A DNA stretch of 64,000 nt from Bacilli bacterium (GTDB lineage Bacteria > Bacillota_I > Bacilli_A > RF39 > JBKDZI01), in assembly GCA_047971215.1 (NCBI GenBank), contig JBKDZI010000025.1:8704-72703 (forward strand). The letters are read 5' to 3'. The notes beneath the pieces were generated by a model, which had not been told where the DNA came from, ran no database searches, and worked only from the letters and a program-made list of their open reading frames with translations. Both the position numbers and the translations under genes were made by a program. Of the stretch, positions 28,565 to 37,792 are shown one piece after another (the stretch's first letter is position 1; the number at the start of each line of letters is the position of its first letter).

Positions 28565-30076
28565 TTATAGCAAATATTTTGTTTTTATATATGTTGTAAC
28601 ATTTTCTAAATCTTTTGTTGAAGGTCCATAAATAACCTTTCCATTTTTTCTAAAAATAGAACCATGACACATACAATCCCATGTTTTGTTTAAGTTATTC
28701 CATTTTACAGAGCAGAGCATATGTGGACAATTTGGTTTTAGAAAAATAAATTCTTGATTGCTTTTTCTATAAGCAAGATATGTTTTATTATCAAACTTTA
28801 TATGACTGCCTGTATTAATTTTAATATCTTTAAGGTTTACTTTTTTTATTAAAAATCGTGCTATTAAAAGACCATTAATTGCTTTTTTTGTAAATTTAAA
28901 ACTATTTAAAGGATTATTTAAATGCATTGATCTTCTAGGATTAAATAGATTAATATATTTATTTTTTTTATTTAATAAAATATCCGATATTACTTTTGCT
29001 GCTATTTGACTAGTTGAAAGTCCCCATTTTGAAAACCCACTTATCAAATATATTTCATCATTAGAATTATATTTTCCAATTAAAGGAATATAATCAATAG
29101 GAAAAACATCTTCTGAAAACCATGTATGAGTTATTAAAGCGTTTTTATCAAATTTAAATAAATCTTCTTTAAGTTGATTAAATTCAGTTTCTTTATCTAT
29201 ATTTTCTTTTGAAATGGTATCTCCAACTAAAATATTCATATTTTCATTTACTAAGTGTCTAAAACTTCTAATTTTATTATCAACATTTATATATTGACCA
29301 TTTATTTTTTTATTTGATTTAAACCTAATAGCGTAACTTTTTTCTTGATAAAGTTTAGAAAAATAATTATTAACTTTATAATTTAAAGGATATTTTGTAC
29401 ACATTACAATTTTATTACACACTATTTTTAAATTAGAAGCACTACATTCATATTTATTGTTTTTTTTATCAATTGAAAAAATAGAAATATTTTCTAAAAC
29501 TTTAACTTTATCTTTTATTATATTTACTAATCCATTTATATATTTTATAGAGTGAAATTGATATTGATTATCATAAGATAAAGCTTTTTTAACTTCAATA
29601 TTAAGTGGTACTTTAGTCAAAGTTTTAAAATTAATATTCATATGCTTATTAAGATTAGATATTTTTTGTAAAGTTTTAACTCCTTCATTTGTTTGTGCAT
29701 ATATATAAGAAGTAACTTTTTCAAAATCACAATCAATGTTTTCTATATCAATAATATTTTTCAAAATTACCATACCTTCGCTTAAAGCTTCGTAATATAG
29801 TTTAGTGCTTTTTAAATCTTTAGATTTAAATATTTTCAAATATAAATCACTAATAACATTAGTAATTTTACCTGTAGTATGTCCAGTTGCTTTAGATCCT
29901 ATTGTATCTTTTTCTGCAATTGTGCAGTTTATTCCATTTTTCATTAAATTATAAGCAGTTGTAATTCCAGAAATACCACCACCAATTATTAAAACATCTG
30001 TTGTTATAATTTTTGAAGATATTTTTCTTTTATTTATTGCATTTTTTATTTCAAGCCAATAAGAATTATTATCCAT
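28565..30076 (-). CDS. FAD-dependent oxidoreductase with a C-terminal Rieske [2Fe-2S] domain
   Basis: The N-terminus VLIIGGGISGITTAY is a Rossmann GxGxxG motif. The C-terminus CPHMLCSVKWN...CMCHGSIF carries the CxH...CxxH Rieske motif. Confidence 0.7.
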   Translation of the reverse strand: MDNNSYWLEIKNAINKRKISSKIITTDVLIIGGGISGITTAYNLMKNGINCTIAEKDTIGSKATGHTTGKITNVISDLYLKIFKSKDLKSTKLYYEALSEGMVILKNIIDIENIDCDFEKVTSYIYAQTNEGVKTLQKISNLNKHMNINFKTLTKVPLNIEVKKALSYDNQYQFHSIKYINGLVNIIKDKVKVLENISIFSIDKKNNKYECSASNLKIVCNKIVMCTKYPLNYKVNNYFSKLYQEKSYAIRFKSNKKINGQYINVDNKIRSFRHLVNENMNILVGDTISKENIDKETEFNQLKEDLFKFDKNALITHTWFSEDVFPIDYIPLIGKYNSNDEIYLISGFSKWGLSTSQIAAKVISDILLNKKNKYINLFNPRRSMHLNNPLNSFKFTKKAINGLLIARFLIKKVNLKDIKINTGSHIKFDNKTYLAYRKSNQEFIFLKPNCPHMLCSVKWNNLNKTWDCMCHGSIFRKNGKVIYGPSTKDLENVTTYIKTKYLL

Positions 30077-30167
30077 AGTATCACCAAAAATATTTTGTGA
30101 TAATAATAATTAAATATACTAAAATTAAAAAAGTATGATATACTTGTAAGGTGCGAGGTAAGTTTTT

Positions 30168-30836
30168 ATGAGAATTGGAATAATTGGTCCATCTAAACAA
30201 GAAATAATGCCTTTTATTTCTAATTTGAATATTAAAAATGAATCTGAAAATTCGATGATGTCATTTTTTGAAGGAGCTTTTAACAATATAGAAGTTGTAG
30301 CTACAATTTGTGGAATATGTAAAGTAAATGCTAGTGTTAGTGCTAGTTTGCTTATAGATGTATATAAATGTAGCCATATTATAATTATTGGAGTTGCTGG
30401 AGCAATTGATAAGAATTTAAAAATATTTGATTGCGTAATTAGTGATAAAGCATGTTATCACGATGTACTGCCTTATCTTTTAGAAGAGGACCCACCATAT
30501 ATGAAAAAAGCTGTATTTACTGCTGATAGTAAAATGATTGCTGATATTAAAAATTCATATAAACAAAAATTGTTTGTAGGAAAAATTGTAACAGGAGAAA
30601 GCTTTATAACTAAGGATAATAGAGATACAATAATTAAAAAGTTTAATCCATTAGTTGTTGATATGGAAACTGCTGCAGTAGCTCACGTGTGCTATTTAAA
30701 GAAAGTTTCTTTTGTTTCTATTAGAACTGTCACAGACACTAAAGATTTATGTGGGATTGAAGAATTTAGAATAAACCTTGTAAAATGTGCACAAAAATCA
30801 ATTGATGTATTAGAAAGTTATATAGGTAATTTATGA
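30168..30836 (+). CDS. mtnN: 5'-methylthioadenosine/S-adenosylhomocysteine nucleosidase
   Basis: The protein is 222 aa and belongs to the PNP_UDP_1 family (MRIGIIGPS, ...VDMETAAVAHVC). Confidence 0.75.
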   Translation: MRIGIIGPSKQEIMPFISNLNIKNESENSMMSFFEGAFNNIEVVATICGICKVNASVSASLLIDVYKCSHIIIIGVAGAIDKNLKIFDCVISDKACYHDVLPYLLEEDPPYMKKAVFTADSKMIADIKNSYKQKLFVGKIVTGESFITKDNRDTIIKKFNPLVVDMETAAVAHVCYLKKVSFVSIRTVTDTKDLCGIEEFRINLVKCAQKSIDVLESYIGNL

Positions 30837-31702
30837 AAGAAAATAGAGTAATTAAAGTCAAAAGTGATGACAAACTTTTAGAATTCATTTTAAAAAATGC
30901 TGAAGATTTACCAAGAAAAAAAATAAAATTTATGCTTACTAAAAAATTTATTTTTGTAAATGGTAGAGCTGTTTCTAAATTTGATTTTCGACTTTACAAA
31001 AATGATGAGGTTACTCTTGACTTATTAGGAAGTTTAAATTTGCTTGGTACGTATAACATTGATTTAATTTATGAAAATAAAGATTTAATTGTTATTAATA
31101 AACCAAGTGGTATGCTTTCTATTGAAAACAATAATTCTAATTTAATTACAGCTTATAGAATTATGATGACTTATACAAAACTTAGTAATAGTCAAAATAG
31201 AATATTTATAGTTCATAGATTAGATAAAGATACATCAGGTGTATTAATATTTGCTAAAAACGAAAGAATTAAATTCAAATTGCAAGAAAATTGGAATGAA
31301 AATGTAAAAATTCGTGGATATTATGCAGTAGTAGAAGGTAAATTAAAAGAAAAAGAAGGAAGGATTATATCTTTTCTTAATGAAGCAGATAAGCAATATG
31401 TATTTTCTACTAATGATAAAAGTGGTAAAAAGGCTATTACCGATTATCGTGTTATAAGTGAAAATAATAATTATTCACTAGTAGATGTGGACATTAAAAC
31501 TGGACGAAAAAATCAAATTAGAGTTCATTTAAAAGAACTTGGTCATCCAATAGTTAAAGATAAAAAATATGGATCTAAAGATAAAGGTTTAAAAAGATTA
31601 GGGCTTCATGCGTATAAATTATCATTTATTCATCCTGATACTAAAAAGACATTGACTTTTACAACTCCAGTGCCAAAAGAATTTATAAAAATTAGTAAAT
31701 AA
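30833..31702 (+). CDS. RluA-family 23S rRNA/tRNA pseudouridine synthase
   Basis: An S4-like N-terminal domain is followed by the catalytic motif HRLDKDTSGVLIFAK with an Asp. The start overlaps the mtnN stop (ATGA). Confidence 0.8.
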   Translation: MKENRVIKVKSDDKLLEFILKNAEDLPRKKIKFMLTKKFIFVNGRAVSKFDFRLYKNDEVTLDLLGSLNLLGTYNIDLIYENKDLIVINKPSGMLSIENNNSNLITAYRIMMTYTKLSNSQNRIFIVHRLDKDTSGVLIFAKNERIKFKLQENWNENVKIRGYYAVVEGKLKEKEGRIISFLNEADKQYVFSTNDKSGKKAITDYRVISENNNYSLVDVDIKTGRKNQIRVHLKELGHPIVKDKKYGSKDKGLKRLGLHAYKLSFIHPDTKKTLTFTTPVPKEFIKISK

Positions 31703-31711
31703 GGAGAAAAA

Positions 31712-33244
31712 ATGAAATTTAACGAAATGAATTTGAGCGAAAAAACTTTAAACGCTCTTGAAACAATGGGATTTGAAACATCTCTACCAATACAAGAAAA
31801 AGCTATACCTGTAATTTTAGAAGGTAAAAATGTAATAGGAGAGGCCAAAACTGGTGCAGGTAAAACATTTGCATTTGGTCTTCCAATTTTTGAAAGAATT
31901 GATAGTGAATCTAAAGATTTAGAAGCATTAATAATTTCACCAACTCGTGAACTTGCACTTCAAATTGCTGATGAGCTTATTAAATTATCAAAATTTCACA
32001 AACAAAAAGTTGTATCTTTAGTAGGTGGAGTAAATATTGGTGGTCAAATTTCTGAATTAAGAAGAAATCCTAAAATAATAGTAGCTACACCTGGAAGACT
32101 TTTAGATCATATGCAAAGTAATAGAATCAATTTTAGTAATATTAAAATGTTTGTTATTGATGAAGTTGATGAATTAGTTAAAGCTGGTTTTAAAGAAGAT
32201 GTTACTGAAATTAGCAAAAATTTTGATGAAAAAGTACAAAAGTTATTATTTTCAGCAACAATTTCAAAAGAAGTAATGGATACTGCCAATAATATGATGG
32301 AAACTTATGAGTTTATTTCTGTTCTTAATAAAGAGGAAAATAAAAATATTACTCAATATGGTATTGTTATTACAGAAAATAATAAACTTAAAGTTTTAAA
32401 AGATCTTTTAGACTTAAATCTACCAAAACTTGCAATGATATTTGGTAGAACTAAAAGACGTGCTGATCAATTAGGTACTGCTTTAAAACAAATGGGATTT
32501 CAAGCAGAAGCACTACATGGTGATTTATCTCAAAAACAAAGAACAGATATAATGACGAAATTTAGAAAAGGTGAAATTAATATTTTGGTAGCTACAGATG
32601 TTGCTGCTCGTGGTATTGATGTTAACAATGTTGAATATGTTTATAATTTTGATCTTCCACAAGAAGTTGAATATTATGTGCATAGAATTGGTAGAACAGG
32701 ACGTGCTACTAAAACAGGCATTACTTATTCTTTTATTAAAGATAGAGAAGTTACGCATGTAAGAAAAATTATGCATGAAACTGGCTTTGATATAGAAATG
32801 GTCAAAACTCCAAATTTTGAAGATTTAAAAGAATCATATGAAAAGAAAGTAATTGAGAAAATTGAAAAAATTAAAAATTATGGTGATACTAAACGTCATG
32901 CTTCTTTAGCTAAAGAGTTAATTCAAATGTATGATGCTGAAAAATTAGTTAGATATTTTGTTGAAAATATAATAACTAACAATGATGCTCAAATTATGAA
33001 ACTAACTGGAGAACCTTCTGTTGCTATTAAACATGGAAATGACAGAATGAATAGAAGAGATAAATCAGGTAGAAGAAGTAACTCTAATGGTAGAAGAAAT
33101 AATTTTAATAGAGATGATTCATTTTCTAATAATAGAAAACCTCATAGGACTGAACGACATAAAAGACATAATCCTAAAAAAAATACTGATAATCACAGAA
33201 GAGAAAATTTCAAACATAAAAGAAATGACAATAAAAATAAATAG
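31712..33244 (+). CDS. DEAD-box ATP-dependent RNA helicase with a basic RG/RN-rich C-terminal tail (CshA-like)
   Basis: The Q motif, Walker A AKTGAGKT, PTRELA, DEVD, SAT and HRIGRTGR motifs are all present. Confidence 0.85.
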   Translation: MKFNEMNLSEKTLNALETMGFETSLPIQEKAIPVILEGKNVIGEAKTGAGKTFAFGLPIFERIDSESKDLEALIISPTRELALQIADELIKLSKFHKQKVVSLVGGVNIGGQISELRRNPKIIVATPGRLLDHMQSNRINFSNIKMFVIDEVDELVKAGFKEDVTEISKNFDEKVQKLLFSATISKEVMDTANNMMETYEFISVLNKEENKNITQYGIVITENNKLKVLKDLLDLNLPKLAMIFGRTKRRADQLGTALKQMGFQAEALHGDLSQKQRTDIMTKFRKGEINILVATDVAARGIDVNNVEYVYNFDLPQEVEYYVHRIGRTGRATKTGITYSFIKDREVTHVRKIMHETGFDIEMVKTPNFEDLKESYEKKVIEKIEKIKNYGDTKRHASLAKELIQMYDAEKLVRYFVENIITNNDAQIMKLTGEPSVAIKHGNDRMNRRDKSGRRSNSNGRRNNFNRDDSFSNNRKPHRTERHKRHNPKKNTDNHRRENFKHKRNDNKNK

Positions 33245-33293
33245 GGTATTCCTAATTTATTTTTTTATGATACAATTATTTTAGGAGGCTGTT

Positions 33294-33464
33294 ATGAATG
33301 AAAAAGTATTAGAAATCTTAAAAGAAAATAAAGAACCTATGAAGGCTGGGGAAGTAACTGAAAAATTAGGTGTTGATAAAAAAGATATAGATAAAGCAAT
33401 TAAATCTTTAGTAAAAGAAGATTTGGTTGAGAGTCCTAAAAGATGTTTTTATAGTGCTAAATAA
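33294..33464 (+). CDS. Small winged-helix-like protein (56 aa)
   Basis: The protein MNEKVLEILKENKEPMKAGEVTEKLGVDKKDIDKAIKSLVKEDLVESPKRCFYSAK follows a strong AGGAGG RBS. It is below the 60-aa cutoff of the ORF track. Confidence 0.35.
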   Translation: MNEKVLEILKENKEPMKAGEVTEKLGVDKKDIDKAIKSLVKEDLVESPKRCFYSAK

Positions 33465-33519
33465 AGTAAATATTAATTTTTATAGACAAATTTGTAATAT
33501 TATGATATGCTTAGATTGG

Positions 33520-33606
33520 ACTTATTATAGTCTAAAATTACATACTGTGTTAAAATAAGCGTAAGCTTAAAGATTTAGGAAAAGCACATGTGCTTTTCCT
33601 TTTTTA
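33520..33606 (+). ncRNA. tracrRNA-like RNA of a degenerate type II CRISPR-Cas locus
   Basis: The anti-repeat TAGTCTAAAATTACATAC (33529..33546) is perfectly complementary to 18 nt of the orphan repeat at 33995..34030. The downstream GTTAAAATAAGCGTAAGC resembles the conserved AAGTTAAAATAAGGC nexus of type II-A tracrRNAs. It ends in the intrinsic terminator AGGAAAAGCACATGTGCTTTTCCTTTTTT. Confidence 0.5.
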
Positions 33607-33667
33607 ATTGCCAAAATTGAAAACCTAAAACTGTATGTTATAATCAAATCAGATTGAGAGGAAAATT

Positions 33668-33982
33668 ATGGAAAAATATACTTTAGCATTAGATATAGGT
33701 ACAACCTCAGTTGGATGGACTGTTATAAATGACAAGTTAGAAATTTCAACATTTAATGAAAAAAATCTTTGGGGTGTAAGATTATTTGATTCTGCTTCCA
33801 CTGCAGAAGTTAGAAGAACTCAACGTGGGTCAAGACGTAGATATTTAAGACGACGTAGAAGATTGGAATTATTGCAATATTTATTTCAAATGGAAATGAA
33901 TAAAATAGATACTAATTTTTTTGATATTACTGTTGAAAATGATAAATGGCTTAAAAATAAACGCTTTATCGCATGCTTGTAA
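33668..33982 (+). pseudogene. cas9: Cas9 N-terminal stub (RuvC-I motif plus arginine-rich bridge helix, 104 aa)
   Basis: MEKYTLALDIGTTSVGWTVIND parallels Cas9 [23 protein letters not shown], with the catalytic Asp conserved. RRTQRGSRRRYLRRRRRLELLQYLFQMEMNKIDTNFF parallels [36 protein letters not shown]. The ORF stops after about 100 residues, directly before a CRISPR repeat. Confidence 0.75.
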
Positions 33983-33994
33983 GAAATTACTTGT

Positions 33995-34030
33995 TTTAGA
34001 AGTATGTAATTTTAGACTAGGTGGAAATGA
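33995..34030 (+). CRISPR. Single orphan CRISPR repeat (type II-like, GTTTTAG... start), the remnant of an array
   Basis: GTTTTAGAAGTATGTAATTTTAGACTAGGTGGAAAT is complementary to the tracrRNA anti-repeat 465 nt upstream. No convincing second repeat follows. Confidence 0.45.
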
Positions 34031-34192
34031 AATAGAAGAAATTATTTCATAAAATAAAAATTTAGAACTAAAACTTATGGCTAAGAAAATATTTCTATAT
34101 TAAAGATTTAATATGCCAAATTTTACAATAAATGTGTATACAAGAGTTTTAATACTTTATAAAATAAAGAATTATGATATATTTGTATTAAG

Positions 34193-35044
34193 GTGATATT
34201 TATGGAAAGACAATTTGAAAATGATAATAAATTAAAAGGATATCTTTCGAATCAAGCCAAAAAAAACAATATATCTTCAAACTATGCGTATACATATTTT
34301 TTTCTGCGTTGTTTTTTAGAAATATTAAATAAAAATAATGATGATTTAATAATTACTGGCAGTTTTTCCAATTTTGCTCATACTAAAAAAATATATAGAC
34401 CTATTACAGATTTGGATTTACAAACAAAAATAGAAAATCTTGATAATTTTGATAATACGGTTTCTAATTTAAATGATAATAATTTAGGAGTTAATTTTAA
34501 TGTTAAACAACGTTTTGTAACTGAAAATGGTACTATAAATTATAGAATTTTATGTAATTTTGGAAAGTTAGAAAGAATTATTAAATCTGATATTAAGATT
34601 GTAAGAAGTGCCCCATTTTCAAAAGTAATAATTCCTAAATTGTTTGATGCTGATTCGCAGATGCTTTTTAATGTTACAGAATTTGAAAAACAAATTGCAG
34701 ATAAATTGTGTATAATAATAAGAAAATTATATACTTATAAAAATTTAAACAATGAATACAAACGTTATAAAGATATATATGACATAAGTAATATAGTAAA
34801 GAATAATAAAGAAAAAATAGATTTTGACAAAGTTTTATTTTATGTAAAAAGTAGATTACAAAATGATGATTTAATTAAAGATCTTAGTAAACAAGATATT
34901 TTAAATTTACTAGACATATTAAACCAAAAATTTTTAGAAAATAATGAGAAATCTTATAATGAAGATGCTAAAAAGTTTCAATTTATGAATAAAATTGATA
35001 ATAATTTGAAAGAAGTAAAACAATCGATCAAACGAAGTTTATAG
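34193..35044 (+). CDS. Nucleotidyltransferase AbiEii/AbiGii toxin family protein (orphan)
   Basis: The length is about 283 aa. The N-terminal segment LIITGSFSNFAHTKKIYRPITDLDLQ fits the GS...R.T.DxD nucleotidyltransferase motif of DUF1814/AbiEii. No AbiEi partner is detected. Confidence 0.5.
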   Translation: MIFMERQFENDNKLKGYLSNQAKKNNISSNYAYTYFFLRCFLEILNKNNDDLIITGSFSNFAHTKKIYRPITDLDLQTKIENLDNFDNTVSNLNDNNLGVNFNVKQRFVTENGTINYRILCNFGKLERIIKSDIKIVRSAPFSKVIIPKLFDADSQMLFNVTEFEKQIADKLCIIIRKLYTYKNLNNEYKRYKDIYDISNIVKNNKEKIDFDKVLFYVKSRLQNDDLIKDLSKQDILNLLDILNQKFLENNEKSYNEDAKKFQFMNKIDNNLKEVKQSIKRSL

Positions 35045-35066
35045 ATATTAATGGGAGGTAAATATC

Positions 35067-35756
35067 ATGATTTGGATATTAACTATTTTTATAGCTATTT
35101 TTATGACTATAGTAGAATTTTTTACAGTAATTTTTATGTTAACAGGACTTTCATATTCAAAAAGTAAATTTCAAGTAATTTCAATGCTAACAAGTACAGG
35201 ATTTACAACAAAGGAAAGTGAACTTATCATGCTTGATCCAAAAAGAAGAAAATTTGCTCAAAACCTTATAATATTTGGATATTGTGCAACTGTAACAATT
35301 GTTTCAATGTTAGTAACTTCACTTAATACAAGTAATAATTGGTATGAATATTTACTTGCAATTATTGCAATAGTAGCTTTTTTAATTATGCTAAATAGCA
35401 AAAGTTTTAGAAAAATATTTGATCCCAAAATTGAAAAATTTGGTTCAAAGTTTCTTTATGATGAAGCAGATAATTATCTTATAATTTTAGAAACCTTACA
35501 TGAAAAAATTGTAGGTAAAATTAAACTGAAAAAAGTTCCAGAGGAATTTATTAATAAAAAAATAGGAGAAATGAAAATAAATAATAAGTATGGAATTCAA
35601 CTTTTAGGTATTGAAAGAGATCGAAAAACATTAAAAATTACAAAAGATAGTTCTTTTGAAAATGATGATTTAATAATATTATATGGGGATAAAGATATTA
35701 TATGTAAGGCTTTAAAAATAGTAAAAACTTCAAAAAAAGATAAAAGAGTTATATAA
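35067..35756 (+). CDS. Membrane protein with a C-terminal TrkA-C (RCK_C) domain
   Basis: Three or four TM helices are followed by a KLKKVPEEFINKKIGEMKINNKYGIQLLGIERDRKTLKI...LIILYGDKDII segment that is typical of TrkA-C. Confidence 0.45.
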   Translation: MIWILTIFIAIFMTIVEFFTVIFMLTGLSYSKSKFQVISMLTSTGFTTKESELIMLDPKRRKFAQNLIIFGYCATVTIVSMLVTSLNTSNNWYEYLLAIIAIVAFLIMLNSKSFRKIFDPKIEKFGSKFLYDEADNYLIILETLHEKIVGKIKLKKVPEEFINKKIGEMKINNKYGIQLLGIERDRKTLKITKDSSFENDDLIILYGDKDIICKALKIVKTSKKDKRVI

Positions 35757-35982
35757 ATTTTGATAACTTATATCATAATGGAATTATGTAGTCAATATTT
35801 ATGAATCTTTGTTTAAATTGTGATTAATCAATAAAAAATATAATAAGGATAAAGGTGTAAAACTTTTTAATTTATTTATAATATTTTTTGTTTTCAATGT
35901 TAGTAAAACATCTTAATCTTAAAAAAATATATTCAATTGCAACAAAAGATATTAAAAAAGGAGAATAAAATTACTTTCCTTT

Positions 35983-36862
35983 TTAGTTTATTTTATTAAT
36001 CAGTTTTTTTAAATCTTCCTTAGTAAAATCATAATTTTTATTACAAATGTTACAATGTAGATTAGCTTTTTCATCTTCTTTTAATATTATTTTTAATTCT
36101 TTTTTACCTATTGCAATTAAAGCTTTTTCAACCTTGTTTTTATTACAATTACATTTAAACTGAACATTTTTTTCTTCAGTTATTTTCACATCAAAATCTT
36201 TAAGTACAAATTGAATTATTTCTTCAAGAGAATTATATTTCATTGTAAGAGTAGTAAATGAAGGTAAATTAGTAAGTTTATTTTCTAATTTAGTAATTAT
36301 ATCATCGTTTGTTTCAGGCATAAGTTGGATCATAAATCCACCAGAATGTTTTACAGTTAAATCATTATTAACTAAAACACCTAAAGAAATGCTACTTGGG
36401 ATTTGTTCACTTGTAGCATAATAATAAGTTAAATCTTCAGCAATCTCACCAGAAACTAATTGAATTTGTCCGCTGTATGATGTTTTAAGTCCTGTATCTC
36501 TTATTACATTTAAATAACCACTTCCAACTGCACTACTTACATCAAGTTTTCCATTTTCTTTTAAAGGTATATCTATATTATTTACATAAGGATACCCCTT
36601 AACAATACCCTTAGAATCAGCACTTACAAGCAACCCTTTTATTGGTCCATCACTAATAATATTTAATGTAAGTAAATCAGTATCATTTTTTAATAAAGAT
36701 CCCATTAAAAGACCACCAGTTAAAAGTCTTCCCCTAAAGCAGCTGTAACAACAGGTGATGTTTTATGTATTGTTCTTGATGTTTCAACAACTTCTTTAGT
36801 ATAGGCAAATGTACCAACTATACTACCATTTGCAGCAGTTATTTTAATTATTTTATCTTTCA
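35983..36862 (-). pseudogene. hslO: Redox-regulated chaperone Hsp33 (hslO) with a 1-nt frameshift
   Basis: The N-terminal 48 codons (MKDKIIKITAANGSIVGTFAYTKEVVETSRTIHKTSPVVTAALGE) are in one frame. The remaining 240 aa (LLTGGLLMGSLLKND...CNCNKNK...CNICNK zinc centre) are in another. The shift sits in an A-run (GAAGA). Confidence 0.7.
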
Positions 36863-37099
36863 TAAAAACCTCCAATAGTTTTCTCTACTATAAAACAATA
36901 ACATAATTTTTGCAATTTTTCACTATAATATAGTTATATATTATCAAAATTATAAGAGTCTTTAATTGATTTAAACACATAAAAGAGTAATAACTATAAT
37001 ATTTTTTTAATATAGCAACTAAAATTTTACATAAAGCAACTAAAAATGTGTAGTAATTATCATAATTTTAAACTATAATTTAAATATAAAGGAGAATTT

Positions 37100-37792
37100 A
37101 TGAATATACTTGAAGTTAAAAATTTAACACGTACATATGGTAAAAATAATAATAAAATATTTGCTTTAGATGATGTTTCTTTTTCAGTGAAAAAAGGAGA
37201 ATTTATTGCAATAGTTGGTACTAGTGGTTCTGGTAAAAGTACATTACTGCATATTTTAGGTGGTGTAGATAAACCAACAAATGGGACAGTTTTAATTAGT
37301 GAAAAGGACATTTATAAGTTAAATGATGATTCATTAACAAAATTTAGAAGAAGAAATATAGGATTAATTTATCAATTTTATAATTTACTTCCTATGTTAA
37401 ATGTAAAAGAGAATATTGAATTACCACTTCAATTAGACAAAAAAATTGTAAAAAAAGAAGACTTTGAAGAAATAATAAAAGTTCTTGATATAGAAAATAG
37501 ATTAAAACATTTACCAAATGAATTATCTGGTGGACAAAAACAAAGAGTTGCTATTGGTAGAGCATTAATTACAAAACCTTCTATAATTTTAGCAGATGAA
37601 GCAACTGGTAATTTAGATTCTAAAACCTCAGAAGAAATCATAAATTTATTTAAAAGATTAAATAAAAATTTTAATCAAACTATAATTATGATTACTCATA
37701 ATCTTGATATTGCTAGTGAAGCTGATAGAATAATTACTATTAAAGATGGCAAAATTATAAGTGATGAGGTAAAAGAACATGAAAATAACTAA
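37100..37792 (+). CDS. ABC transporter ATP-binding protein (MacB/BceA-like)
   Basis: Walker A is GTSGSGKST, the signature is LSGGQKQRVAIGRAL, and Walker B is ILADEATGNLD. Confidence 0.85.
   Translation: MNILEVKNLTRTYGKNNNKIFALDDVSFSVKKGEFIAIVGTSGSGKSTLLHILGGVDKPTNGTVLISEKDIYKLNDDSLTKFRRRNIGLIYQFYNLLPMLNVKENIELPLQLDKKIVKKEDFEEIIKVLDIENRLKHLPNELSGGQKQRVAIGRALITKPSIILADEATGNLDSKTSEEIINLFKRLNKNFNQTIIMITHNLDIASEADRIITIKDGKIISDEVKEHENN

Noticed and set aside
28414-28599. ORF 28414..28599(+) spans the tRNA-Cys fragment.
   Set aside because: It covers the att-like repeat and intergenic DNA. It has no motif or RBS.
34150-34185. A possible second degenerate CRISPR repeat (GTTTTAATACTTTATAAAAT...)
   Set aside because: It has only about 65% identity over 20 nt. 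Its spacing from the first repeat (about 155 nt) does not fit a repeat-spacer unit. In AT-rich DNA such similarity is expected by chance.
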